Positions 12,589 through 24,200 of a stretch of 64,000 nt of DNA are shown here, in pieces. Made by a program: the position numbers and the translations under genes. The stretch covers positions 67,084,001-67,148,000 of the forward strand of contig OX638156.1 in NCBI GenBank assembly GCA_951804945.1, read 5' to 3'. Source of the stretch: Podarcis cretensis (taxonomy: Eukaryota). Numbering within the stretch: the first letter of the stretch is position 1; each line of letters begins with the position of its first letter. The notes beneath the pieces were generated by a model, which saw only the letters and a list, made by a program, of their open reading frames with translations, searched no databases and had not been told where the DNA came from.

Positions 12589-15297
12589 GTGAGAAGAAGC
12601 CCCCCTTGCCCTCCCCCCAGTGATGGGGTACAAGGAGTCCCGCCCGCTCCCAACCCCCCTACCCCATATATACCCCCCCCCGCCCCACTTTCTCCTCTCT
12701 CCCCTCCATCTCAGTTTCGCCCGTCGTCCCCCCCCGCTTTCTCTTCATCCTTCTCCAAGCCTCTACCCGCCCCCAGACCCAGTTCAGGACACCCCCATCC
12801 GCCCCCCCCCCCCGCGCAGAACTGGGTCTCTCGCTTGAGGTTGGATGTACGTGGGTGGGAGAGGGGGAAGGCGTGGCAGAGCTGAGGGGGTGTCCGGAGC
12901 TTCTTTTTTCTCCATTTAAATCTCACACCCCCCTCCTCCAGCACACCTTTTCAAGCCTTCCTCGGCCACTGTTCTCCCCTCCCTTCTTTTAAGGGTGCGA
13001 TCCTTCTCTGGTCCTTCACCAGCACCCTGGGGTGTAATTGCCCCCGCCGCCCAGGGCCGGTTGGGATCCGGCTTGCTGGGCAGCCGGTTGCCCCCTCCCC
13101 ATGCCTGACCCTCACTCCTAATCCCAACAAAGAAGCAGGTTCCCCTCCAGAAGAAACCTCCCCGCCCCCCCCCTCCACCGGGCATTGCCCACTTATTGTG
13201 ATGGCAGGGGGTGGGGAATGGGCAAAAGTCTGCAGTGTGGCGCGGCGCTTTAAGGGGGTGCTTGCAAAAGTGGGGGTCCCCTCACCTGCAGCTCCTCAGC
13301 CAGTCACCCCTCCCTTTAGCAAAGTTTTTCTCAACGCCCCCCCCCCCCGCTTTTCGCTCTCCGAGTGGCACCTCGCTGGCCCTGCCCTCTTCGAGTCCGT
13401 GGCTGACGCCCCTAGTGGTTACGCCCGCCTCTTCCTCCCTCCTTGCAGGATTTTTCTCCCGGATCCAAACGATGCCGCACGGTGGAGGACTTCAACAAGT
13501 TTTGCACATTCGTCTTGGCCTACGCGGGGTACATCCCCTACCCGCAAGAGGTATGGACGTCGGAGTGCGGGGCGGAGGCTGCCTTCGGTGCAGCTGGATA
13601 ATCGGGGCGGGAGGAGAAGGGGCGGGCTCTGCTTCCCAAGATGCGGCTACGCTGCTGTGCAAGAGTAGGTGTTCTTTTCCCCCAAAGGCTTTCTGGGATT
13701 CGGGGCCCTGGCAGACTCCGGTTCATTGGAGGGGGGGGGGTTGTTTCCGGAGAGCAACGATCGGGAGAGTAAGCAGTGAGTCAGGGAAAGGTAATTTTTT
13801 GTGTGTGCAAGAATGCCTTTGCAAATGCTGCCTGGGGATTAGGATGCGTTTGTGGGATGAAGTGTCAGGAGGTGCTTTTTTGTTCTTGTGCAGATTGGCA
13901 GCCTTTGCCAACCTCTTGCCAGCCTTTACCAACTTCCAGAAATTTTGGACTACAATTCCCATCAGCCCCCATGGGCCATCATGTAGTCATACTGATGGGA
14001 GTTGTGGTCCGAAACCCCTAGATAGCCCCATGTTGGCTACACCTGCATTGATAGGGAAGTGGAAAAGGCTGATCTACAGCTCTTCTGTTCTGTCCTGTCC
14101 ACCCTGAATGTCCAAACGGACCAGCTGTAGTGTCAAAATGCAGGCAAAACAGTGGAGATTCCTGCATTGCAAGGGGCTGGACTAGATGGCCCTTGGGGGA
14201 GATCCCTTCCAACTTTGCAGTTTTGTGAAATGGTACAGGTGCAATTTAAAACAATTGTTTGGGTGCTGGGCCCAGTTGCACCTTCCACTTAAAAGGCATG
14301 CAGCCTCTGTGAAACTGATTTCTCTTTCTGCAGGATGCTTCTGTGCGGAGCGCCCCCAGCCCCCCCAACAGCACCGGGGGCACCATCGACAGCGACAGTG
14401 GGGATGTGGGTGAAGCAGGGCTCCCCTCTGCCCTCTCCTTGTCCGGGAAAACACAGAAGAGCTTCAGCCAGCTGTCACATCGGAAAGCTTACACCTCCCT
14501 CTACCAGTGGGCAAAGCCACAGGACTTCCTGCTGGGCAGGAAGAAAATGGGGCTCAGGAGGAAGAGGAAGCTGAAGCGGAGGGAGGTGCTGGGAGGGGAG
14601 GAGTCCTATGTGCAGGCGCCCACGAGCCCCTCTTCGGAAGGCGATGCCCACTCCTCCACGGGGCGCTGCTCGGCATGGGACTCGGACTCGCTCTCCAGTG
14701 CCTCGTGCCCGCCAGCGGCCCCACCAGAGGCTACACGCCTGGTTCAGATGGTGGGTAAGCGCACCATCATCCGGCAGGGGAAACAGGTGGTGTTCCGCGA
14801 CGAGGACGGCAGTGCAGATGACGAGGACATCATGGTGGATTCAGGTATGGAGCAGAGAGGCTCTCAAACAAAGCACTGTCTTTCTGCATCAGGCGGAAGG
14901 TTAAAAGCAGGGGAGCCTTGAAGGCTGGATGGCATGTGCTGAGTGCTCCAGCCAAAACTTGCAGAAAACATCTGAAGGGCACTAGCCTAGTGACGGCAAT
15001 GCTGGTGGCACCACATGGGAGAGCTTTCTCGGTGGTGGCTCCCTTTACGTGGAACGCTTTGCCCTGTTCCCCTCTTGATTTGTGTTCTACTAGCAACCAA
15101 AAACTTTTTAAATGAGCTTTTTGATTCTCTTGCTGTTTCACGACCTGATTGCAAATATTGCCTTTTAACTACTTCAATCATTAATGGCTGGCTCACTTCT
15201 GGCTTCATATTTGTAAAACCACAAGAGCAATACCCTTGTGGAGGGGGAAAGCAGGGGTATAATTTTAAATAATAATGTGTATATATATATATATATA

Positions 15298-15344
<47 letters not shown>

Positions 15345-16006
15345 TTAGTGTATTAACAGTCCATTATTGACAGAACTCTCACCGCTATTAAAAAAACCAA
15401 ACCAGTATTTTGAAATCATTATTGTGGTGTGACCAGTTGATGGCAACGAATTCTCTTGCCACAACAGATGAACTCCTTGGAGAGCCTGTGGGGGCCCTGC
15501 AGTTATTGCTGCCCTCCATCATCAAAGCAGCAGCAAGGGATGGTGGGAGTTATAGTCCAGAACAGCTGGAGAACTACAAAAGAGTAGCCAGGCCCTTTTC
15601 TGTGTCACCAGCAGCAAGAGTGTTGGGTTCACAAATAAGGCTTGTTCCTTGGAGGGAGCATCCACCTACAAATAGGCTTCCCAGGTAGATGAATGCGGTT
15701 GTATTTGAGGACTGGTGATGTATCTGATGAGGGTCTCTTACCTGGAACTTGTTTCTCTCTCTTCCTCCCTGCCGCACAGATGACGATTCCTGGGACCTTG
15801 TGACCTGTTTCTGCATGAAACCCTTTGCTGGGCGCCCCATGATCGAGTGCAACGAGTGCCACACCTGGATCCACCTCTCCTGCGCAAAGATCCGCAAGTC
15901 CAACGTCCCAGAGATCTACGTCTGCCAGAAGTGTCGGGACTCTAAGTTCGACATCCGCCGCTCCAGCCGCTCCCGGATGGGGTCGCGCCGACACTTCCTG
16001 GATTAG
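12550..16006 (+). CDS. PHF13: PHD finger protein 13 (SPOC1); join(12550..12588, 13449..13550, 14334..14844, 15780..16006), 879 nt, 292 aa
   Basis: MDSDSC start, [24 protein letters not shown]-terminal domain, basic patch, C-terminal PHD finger [26 protein letters not shown]...CQKC. Confidence 0.97.
13449..13550 (+). CDS. PHF13: PHF13 exon 2, 102 nt
   Basis: ccttgcag|[34 protein letters not shown]|gtatgg. Confidence 0.96.
13900..14046. mobile_element. degenerate palindromic MITE in PHF13 intron 2
   Basis: GGACTACAATTCCCATCAG ... CTGATGGGAGTTGTGGTCC arms shared with 36614 and 48565. Confidence 0.7.
14334..14844 (+). CDS. PHF13: PHF13 exon 3, 511 nt
   Basis: tttctgcag|[21 protein letters not shown]...[17 protein letters not shown]...DIMVDS G|gtatgg. 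Confidence 0.94.
15280..15342. repeat. interrupted (TA)n microsatellite
   Basis: directly visible. Confidence 0.95.
15780..16006 (+). CDS. PHF13: PHF13 exon 4 coding part (PHD finger), 227 nt
   Basis: gcacag|[13 protein letters not shown]...RRHFLD TAG. Confidence 0.97.
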
Positions 16007-17550
16007 CAGGGTGGGATTTTTTTCCCCTAGCGCGTTTGAAACAAGCGGACTTGTCATGTGAAACATGAGACTCTGGTTGGTGGGGGACAAACCCAGCCAC
16101 AAGCAGGGAACATCCTCTCTGTGATGAAGGGAAGCGTCTCGAGGCACCCTCAAGGGCCTAAATCGCCACTGGAGAAGGACCCGATTCCGTGCCCCAAAGC
16201 AAGTCGAGGAAAAGGGGGCATCATTAGGATTATCAGAGGAAGTGGGGAGGCTGCCTCACTTTCCTTTCTTTCTGTTGTCCCAGGTATGAAAGTGTGGCAG
16301 GACGAACTGCCTGATAGGTGCTGAGTGACTCCACCATCAGGGAAGAGGATGCAGCAGTTTGACAGCTGGAGATGCCAGCAGCTGTTGCACCTCCACAGCA
16401 CAGCAGCAGCAGGTCCAGGATCTCTCTTAAGGGATGTGTGAAAAAGGGTCGCCTTCCCCATCCAGTGGAGAGCCAATCCGAGGTCGCCTCAAAGTGAGAC
16501 AGCCCGTGGCTGCTGCTTTAAAAGCCACCGTCAGTGGAGGAAGCCATCTGCTTGTGCAGGCAGGGAGAGGGAAGGGCAGCCATTTCTCTCCCTTTGAAGG
16601 ATGGGCTCAATTCCTACTCTGACGGGCTCCTCCTCTCAGGTCCAGGATGGGCTTCCCTTCACCTTGGCTGGCTCTGTGTTTGTAAAGTGGGAAGCATGTA
16701 AAATGCTTCTTCTGAGCTGATGGGGGTGGTAAGTCTTGGCACCTGGGGATGCTTCTATGCATTCAGCACAGAAGAGTTTTGCAAGCTGGGAAATGGGCAC
16801 AGAGATCTCAGGTTTAACAAGCCCAGTGGATTCCTGCCACCAGAGAGCTGATGCCTCCTTTGCAAGGACCAAATTGGCTTATTGCAGAGATGTGAATCCT
16901 CAAGTGGATTCTCCCTTTGCATCGCTCCAAGCTGTTGACAGCGAGGAAATGTAGTTTTTGTGGGGAAGGAAGAGCAGCAGGCTCGACGGCGTGAGCAGCG
17001 CACCAAGACAGTTGTCTTACCCGAGTCTCAGCGTGGACAAGTATTCCTTTAGGCATCTAATGTGTGATGACCCAGGCTCTCATATGGTGGACTTGTGTTA
17101 CAAGTGGTAATGGATGGGGGATTGAAACCCCTTAAGTCATTTACCCAGTTGGTTTGGTAGGGTTCCCATACTGCATTCTTCTGCCATGACTTTGTCCATT
17201 TATTAGAAGCAAGTATGAAGAACTTGATTCCTCTACACAGCAGGGTCTGCTTTCCCTCAGGCTCCCCCATTTGCCAAAGACAGTTCTTCTACAGAATGCC
17301 CCAGGCTGATGCTGTGATCACTTGGCAGCTTCAGCTACCATCTTGGGTTTTTGTTTTTTTAAAAAAATGCCTGCAGAGCGAGACAAATCAGTGTAGGACA
17401 TCTTGCGGTGGAGGAAACAACCAAGGAAGAAGTTTCCTGTTGAGCAAGCTTTCACTTGTATTTTGGCATTGAGCTCTAGGATCCAGTTTCAACCATTCTG
17501 CAATCAGGTAGTGTCTGGCAAGCCCAGTTAATTGGATTTTTCAGCAGAAG

Positions 17551-17556
17551 AATAAA
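17551..17556 (+). terminator. probable PHF13 polyadenylation signal
   Basis: first AATAAA I found after the stop codon (about 1.55 kb), followed by GT/T-rich sequence. Confidence 0.6.
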
Positions 17557-17861
17557 CATCTTGCATGTCTGTGAGTTCATCTTTGTGCAATCTCAGTTTG
17601 AGAGCTTTATTTTTTTTAATTAAAATTATTTGTATTATCGGATGAGGCTCCTTGTCTGTCTTTCTAGAAAAGAAGTAAAATCTTTAAATGGTGCACGGGT
17701 GACCCGTTTCGCTGCTCAATAAGAGTGGAGGCAAAATCACTGCAAAGTGCTGGGAGAAGGAGCTGGGAGGTGATGGGGTGGTGGTGGGAGCTTGAACATA
17801 GATAGCATCCTTTGGGCATGACTTGTGTAATAAATGCGAAAAATGCACTTCCCTTTACTGG

Positions 17862-18010
17862 GGAGGGGTGGTAGTTCAGTGGTAAGGGCTTGCTTTGCAT
17901 GTAGAAAGTCCTCAGTTCAATCCCTGGCATCTCAGGTAGGGCTGGGTGCAGACAATCCTGAGCAAGCTGGACCAAGGTTCTGAATGGGCACACGGTTGCT
18001 TCTTATTTCT
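17862..18010 (+). mobile_element. tRNA-derived SINE (Squam3-like), internally deleted
   Basis: TAGTTCAGTGGT A-box, GTTCAATCCCTGGCATCTC B-box. Confidence 0.7.
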
Positions 18011-18564
18011 GAGTCTGGAGGAGCAATTCTGTGTCAACACCATTGAATTTCTATTCATTTAGCCCACCCAGTTTTCCACTACAATGCTCAAACCAGCAGA
18101 GAGCTTTGAATGCAGGTGATCAGGAATGTCTGGGGATCACGAACACCTTGTTGGCAAATGGGCTCCTGGACAAGATGCCCCCTTGGTCTAATCCTGCAAC
18201 CAGGATCTCATTTTAGTGCTTAAGGCCCCAACTTTGGGGCTTCATCTCCAGTTACAAAAGGACTAGTCAGCCAAAGTCACAGCCATGGCTGATCAAGGTG
18301 CACCAACTGTCCAATGAAAGGAAGCGGCTTTGTAGGTTTAAATCTTTAGGGAGGGGTGTTTGGTCAGTGCCAGGAACAACCAATAGGAATCAGCCCCACC
18401 CCAAACACTTCATTCCAAACATTGTTAATATTTCTGCTTGATTTTAATGTAATTACAGGCAGAGCTGTTGGGGGAAGAGGACAGCAGTCTCCACTCAGAT
18501 CACACTTCAGCCTCCGAACTTCTAGTGGCCTGAGACGAGTCCCTATTGTTTTGGTATTTCCCTA

Positions 18565-18588
18565 ACACACACACACACACACACACAC
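18565..18588. repeat. (AC)12 microsatellite
   Basis: directly visible. Confidence 0.9.
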
Positions 18589-19199
18589 TCCCTCTCACCC
18601 ATATAAAGAATGATAATATCATCCCACCAGAGAGGGTTGTTGAGAAGGTAAGAGAATATGGGCGAAGTGAAACTGCTTTGCATCTGCAGAATGCCGGAAG
18701 TCCCCAATCTTGAGTTTCTTAGAAGCATTATTTGTAGCGAAGCCACTCTTGAGGTAATAACTCACCTTGCAGGCTCAGAAACCTCCAAAAAAGGGGCTTG
18801 GGAGTAAGGAGGCAGGGCGGGCAGAGACCCACCGCAGTTAGGTAAGAGAGGGGTCATCCCCAAGCCAAAGGGCAACTTCCCCCACAGCTGCCACCTTTCT
18901 TGAGGTTGATGGGATGGGGGCACATGACTAAAGGATTCCCTTAGGTAACAGGCTCAATTTATGGGCATGACCATGAATGCGAATAGCTATTAAGTTACGC
19001 TTGTCACCAAATTCAGCTGAATTAAAGAGGGGGAGAGCACTGGTATGCTAGCTAAGAGCTATGAGCACCTGGAACACGAATGAGAAGAGCATCAAGCACC
19101 TGGGTGGCTCTTACAGCCACTTCCCCTCTAGTCTATGGGAGTGGAAGAAGCAGAGGAAATAGAAAATGCACACATTTCCAGACACCAACCATGGCTCCA

Positions 19200-19327
19200 T
19201 CACCCTGATGGTGCCCTCTAGCTGCTGTTGGACTCCAACTCCCCATCATCCCTTACCCCTGGCCATGCTGGCTGATGGGAGCTGAGAACCTGACAGCAGC
19301 TGGAAAGTAACAGGTTAGGGAAGACTG
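19200..19327. mobile_element. degenerate palindromic MITE
   Basis: GGACTCCAACTCCCCATCATCCC ... GATGGGAGCTG arms. Confidence 0.5.
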
Positions 19328-19509
19328 ATCCCTTGTACAAAGCCTGTTGCAAGAAAGAATGACCGATTAAGTCGCCAGAAGGCACAACATTTAGCCTCTC
19401 TGAAGGATCAGAGTAAGCATGTCGGGCTGTATCTTTTGCCTCCTTGCCCGCTGGGAGGCTTCTCTGTCCCTGCTTTAAGTAGCCAACAGTCCGGAGAAAA
19501 TGGGTCTCT

Positions 19510-19515
19510 TTTATT
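19510..19515 (-). terminator. probable DNAJC11 polyadenylation signal
   Basis: first minus-strand AATAAA I found downstream of the stop codon (about 1.7 kb). Confidence 0.55.
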
Positions 19516-21240
19516 GTCCTTATTTGTTACAGGAGGCTCTGTCCTCATCAGCGGCTCATGCACCTTGCAAAATTCCCAGTCACACGAGGCAGGGGCTTTG
19601 GAAAGCGGGGAAGGATTGAAACGGAGGGGTGCTCAGGCTGAGCTGGGTTCAAAAAGCAGAAGGTTCAAGTGGTTATTGTCAGTGTCAATTACCAGTGTTA
19701 ATTCTAGCCTGATTCTGGTTCTTGAAAAGGCCAAGTGACAGATTTCTGAAACCAGAACTCACTGCGATCCAGGAATAAATACTATGACCATACAGTGTAT
19801 TTTTCATTCCATCAGCTCTGAAGGAAGTTGGGATAACTGGCATGTGGAAAAATGAATGGGGCAGTCGGGTAGGGGTGTCAACATGAATAAGGATCTTTAC
19901 TTGAAGGGTTAACCCAAGGAGATGGATATTACTAGGCCAGAATTTGGTTCAATGGAAGATGCGAGAGAGAAATAATTGTCCAACAAAACAATTGAGGAGC
20001 AGCAACACCTAATTTCAAGAGGAAAAGGGGGCAGGAGGGATGTAACAGGCTTCATGGAATCAGTTATCATTTTACTTAGGGTAAGGGCTGAGGTGGGGAC
20101 AGATTGGGGGCGGATATGATCTGGATCCAAATGAGTGGGGTGAACCCAGTTATACAAACGAATAAAGTGGTGCAGGGGACATGTCTGTCTGTGTTTCAGG
20201 AACCAGCAGTTACGACAAAAAGCTTGTTTTGGCATTCAACACCCCCAGGGATCCTGCATAAATGTCATCAAGGAAGGTGTCCCAAGGACTAACAGAGAGG
20301 CAACTTCAGCCTCCTCTCTTCGTGTCTGTAAAAGGAGCTCTACACTGCCACCAGGGACAGAGGGCCAAAAATGGGACTCCTGCAACCTCTCCGTTGCTTT
20401 CTTGCAGCACAAGAGCACCCCTGGTCTGCAGCGGGAGCAATCTTCCATCGAGAATGCTATTGCCTCTGATTTGGCATTCACTTGGGCCTCCCACTCCTAT
20501 CTCCCCACCCTGCCTCCATTGGCACGACGCCTTTTGTGTACATCAAAACGCTTATGGCGACTTTTACTCCTTTTCTGGGCCAGCTTCTTGCTGTGCTTGG
20601 AACAAAGACAAGCTGACAGGAAACAGTTCCTCTTAGTGTATCATATTATATCAGCTGCTAGAGAGAGAGAGATGATGATGGACAGGAAGATTCAAACGTG
20701 TTAAAAGAAAGGCTTACAAATTTCCCAAAGTGCATTTTGATTCGGAACGTGGAGCACCGTGTTCTTTGCATTGCCGAACAGCTGCAAGGGTCTGCGCGGA
20801 GGAGGCCTGCACCCCCTCCACTTCCTACAAGAATAAAATGGACACCTCACCCACCCCGCCCCCCCATTGCCCACCTGCCCAAGGCTCCCCCTGCTGAAGA
20901 GGACACTGGTTGCTGCAGGGGAAAGGGGGGCTCCTACTCTGCAGCCCGCCCCCTTGCGTTGACAGGGGCAGGCTGGAAATGCTGGCCATCGTCAGCTGTG
21001 CCAGTCAAGCAACAGCCCCCAGCTGCAGGGTCTGGGTGCCACTGTCTCATTAGAGCAGATTCCTCTCATTTTGTCCCACAATGTTACGTTGGGTGTCAAA
21101 CCACCTTCTTCCGCGCCAATCAGGAAATAAGTCGCATCCCCACTCGTCTGAAGACGTCATCAAATCCAGGGAGGAAAGATGGTGCCATATCCACTGGCTC
21201 CAGGGCACAGAACTCAGCACCTGCCCTCTTCCCCACCAGA

Positions 21241-21266
21241 TTAGCTGTCCGCATCAATCCGGTGAG
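21241..21266 (-). CDS. DNAJC11: DNAJC11 exon 16 coding part, 26 nt
   Basis: catacag|CT HRIDADS TAA. Confidence 0.94.
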
Positions 21267-24200
21267 CTGTATGGGTAGCAAAAAAAGGGGTGGGTGGGGA
21301 GAGGAGAGACTGTTTTATAGAGGCTGAGGTCAAGGCAAACTTGCAAAAGAGCCACCACTGAGGGAGGTGTAAAGGCACTTTTTTAAATAAGCAGTGGGCA
21401 ACGGTGGGTTCACCCCCAGGAGACCCACGTCGTGCTCCTCCCACCCCTGTAAAGTACCTCCTGCAAATTGGCAAAGAAGAGCAGGAAGCAGCCTGCCTCC
21501 AGCCCTACGCAGCATGCCACCATCCACGGGGGAAACTGGCAGGGAGGCCCCCAATCCAAATCCTGACATGGAAATCAATTTTGCGGGCCATGGCTCTAAG
21601 ATATCATAGCTGCAAAGTTGGGGATTCTGAAAATCTGGGTTTACTCTGCCCTGCTGCAGCCTTGTACATAGGGGCATGAAGAAGCCTCCAGAGGCACAGG
21701 GCAGGGCTGCCATTTCTTTAGGAGCCAGAAGCTGCTCCCCAAACCAGCAGGAGTCACACTGCATGGAGCTGGCCAGTCATCTCTGGGCACTCAGGATAGG
21801 CCTCATCCTGAAGATGTGCAATATTTCTGCCGCCTTGGGGACTAGAAGCTTCCTCTCTACTTTGTTGATTTTATCAACTTTAAATTATTATTAACTTTAA
21901 TTTGCTACTCAAGCTATTACTTGTCCTCCACCAGCAGTCCCCACGGTGAGTTACAACAATTTCATTTTAAAAAAAGAGTTAAATCAGTCCCAGGAATATC
22001 TCCAGTGTCAAAGACCAAGGTACAAGAGGTGGGTCATTTGACAATGAAGTCAGATTTAAGGGGTTCTCTGTGCGTCCTCACAGTCATGCTTAAATTGCTG
22101 GAGAAAGTCTTGAGATTCATGCCTTGGCTCCATGCAATAGAGTGTGCTGTGGCCACAACCCTCTCAAACTCACAGCCTCTGTCAGCGGGCTGAAAGAACA
22201 TGAAGGCAAAGGAGGCGGGAGTGAAATTTGGAGAGGTGTGTGTCGTCATAATCCCCCTCACCCCATGAGTCCTTGCAAATGCAATCTCCCATCCTCTGCC
22301 CATGTGGCAGCTCCTCAGTGGAAGGGCAATGGATGCCTTTACCAGGCCTGTAGAGGGGCTGGAAGCAGAAGCAGGAGACCAGGGCTTTGCTACTTACACT
22401 GCTTTGGTATCCGAAGGGCCTCGTTGTCGCCAGACATCACTTGATGCAGGACTCCTCGGAACTGGTAGAGGACTTTCAGGCTCTTATCTTCCCCGACACA
22501 AGGGTCGTAGAACCCAGGCAGGCCGGCCTGCAAGAGAGGAACAGTCACACGCTGAGTCAAGGAGAAGGGCGGTTATAGAGATCTGATCATTAAGTGACTG
22601 GTTGGGCCCATCTTGAAACCTCCTGCCATTGGAAAACTCTGGATGGAAAAGTTTAACGCTCGGATATGGCCCCCAGCTTTGAATGATAAATTGACTCAGG
22701 AATGCAAGAGGTCCAGGGAGAAACACATGAAGGCAACTTTGCAGCAGTCTGGTGCCAGTTTATCTCTTCTAGAAACCTTAACAATAGATCAATTTTACCG
22801 CCATTTAATCATCTAATTCCTTGAGTTCAGTTGATTCTTTTGATGCAGCTTAGTTGGCAGTTCTTCCTCTACTTGGTATTTGCTGTGTTTGGTGCTGTTT
22901 TTAACCCCTTTATGTTAAAAATTCCAATAAAAATGTATTACAAAAAAAGGAAGAGATGATGATGGTTGTGCAGAAGTATCCACAGTGTGTAAGGGCTAGT
23001 GCACTTGTGCGCGCGCGCACACACACCACAGAACCATTGTGAAGCTTGGCTTCTGTACCCTACTGGAAGTCCAACCAAAGGTTTACAAATCTCACCTCGT
23101 GATCGCACGGTTTGGGCTGACAACCACCCCAACGTGCCCTCAGGAATGGAACAGGTGAGTTGTGTGGGCTAATCTGCTTCCCCACCTCCCTGCACACTGG
23201 CCTCCTCCTTACCTTGGATGCTTCTGTAAGGATGAGCTTGGAGTCTTTCACCAGGCACTGCAAGGGCACAGTCACGTCTATAACCTTCACCTTCTCGTTC
23301 CTCCTGCTCTGGTCATTGACGAATTTCCCGTACCAGGCATTCACCACAATCAGGCCTGCATTGTTAACGAGAAGAAGCTGTTGGCGCAGAGGACACTTTC
23401 AGGAAACAGGGGAGCGCCCCCCTCCCTCCAGGCAAGTAGAGAGAGAAAAAAAGAGAGGTCTGCCCAGGCCTCTCACTACATAAAATCAAAACAGATGAGC
23501 ACACAAATCCCTCCACTGGGATAGAGGCTCCCCTTTTGAGATGCCATATATTCTTCCACTTTAGAGGCTAGGACCTTGATTTATTTTTTAAAGAACTACT
23601 GAGGTTCTTGAGTTGCTGATTTCTGCAACTAGTACCAAACCCTGAGCTAGCACAGTACAATAATAGGAGGTGCCTTACACTGAGCAAGCTCAAGCTCAGC
23701 TTCATCCATGCCAATGGGAATAGGCTCTCCAGGGATTCAGACACTGGTCTTTTTTCTGGTACTACCCCAGAGATGTCAAAGTATGAACCTGAGACCTTCT
23801 GCATGCAAAGCAAGTGCTCCATCACAGACCTACGGCTCACCCGCCACCCATATGGGATGGATAGGCCCTTGCAGATAAACTAGAACCAATTGGGCATTCC
23901 AGAATCATTAAAGCAAATGTTCTGGGGCACAACCTCTTCCCACTTAGTATTTCCTGTTCCAATAAGAGCAGTAAGCAACACAGTAGCATTTACGAACCCA
24001 AACAAAAGTGTGCAACCACCTCAAATGCCTGCAGGGCAGACTTGGGTGGAAGAAAAGGGAAATCAGCACTCCTTACCCATTCTGGCTTCTTCGGCCTCAA
24101 TAATTCTCCGGACAGATTCTTGCATCAGCCGCACCTAAGCAAGGGGACAGACTAGGATTCGGCATCAAAAGAAGAAGGCTTATTTATTGTGTTTGCAAAT

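Larger units (their letters stand above)
12210..13660 (+). promoter_or_regulatory. PHF13 CpG-island promoter with ZNF143/THAP11-type motif (12339-12357), NRF1-like site (12367-12378), GC boxes (12414-12430)
   Basis: ACTACGATTCCCGGCTTGC, TGCGCAGGCGCA and GGGCGGGCGGGGCGGGG within about 210 bp upstream of the ATG. Confidence 0.75.

Noticed and set aside
12211-14107. 224-aa and 298-aa ORFs around PHF13 exons 1-2
   Set aside because: Read-through of exon 1 into a C-rich intron and an off-frame overlap of exon 2; the spliced model explains the conserved parts
14845-14921. PHF13 exon 3 read-through giving a PHD-less isoform
   Set aside because: A short open frame past a donor is common; no other evidence for intron retention
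20698-21327. 209-aa + strand ORF as THAP3 or a novel gene
   Set aside because: Antisense to the DNAJC11 last exon and 3' UTR; no THAP C2CH signature
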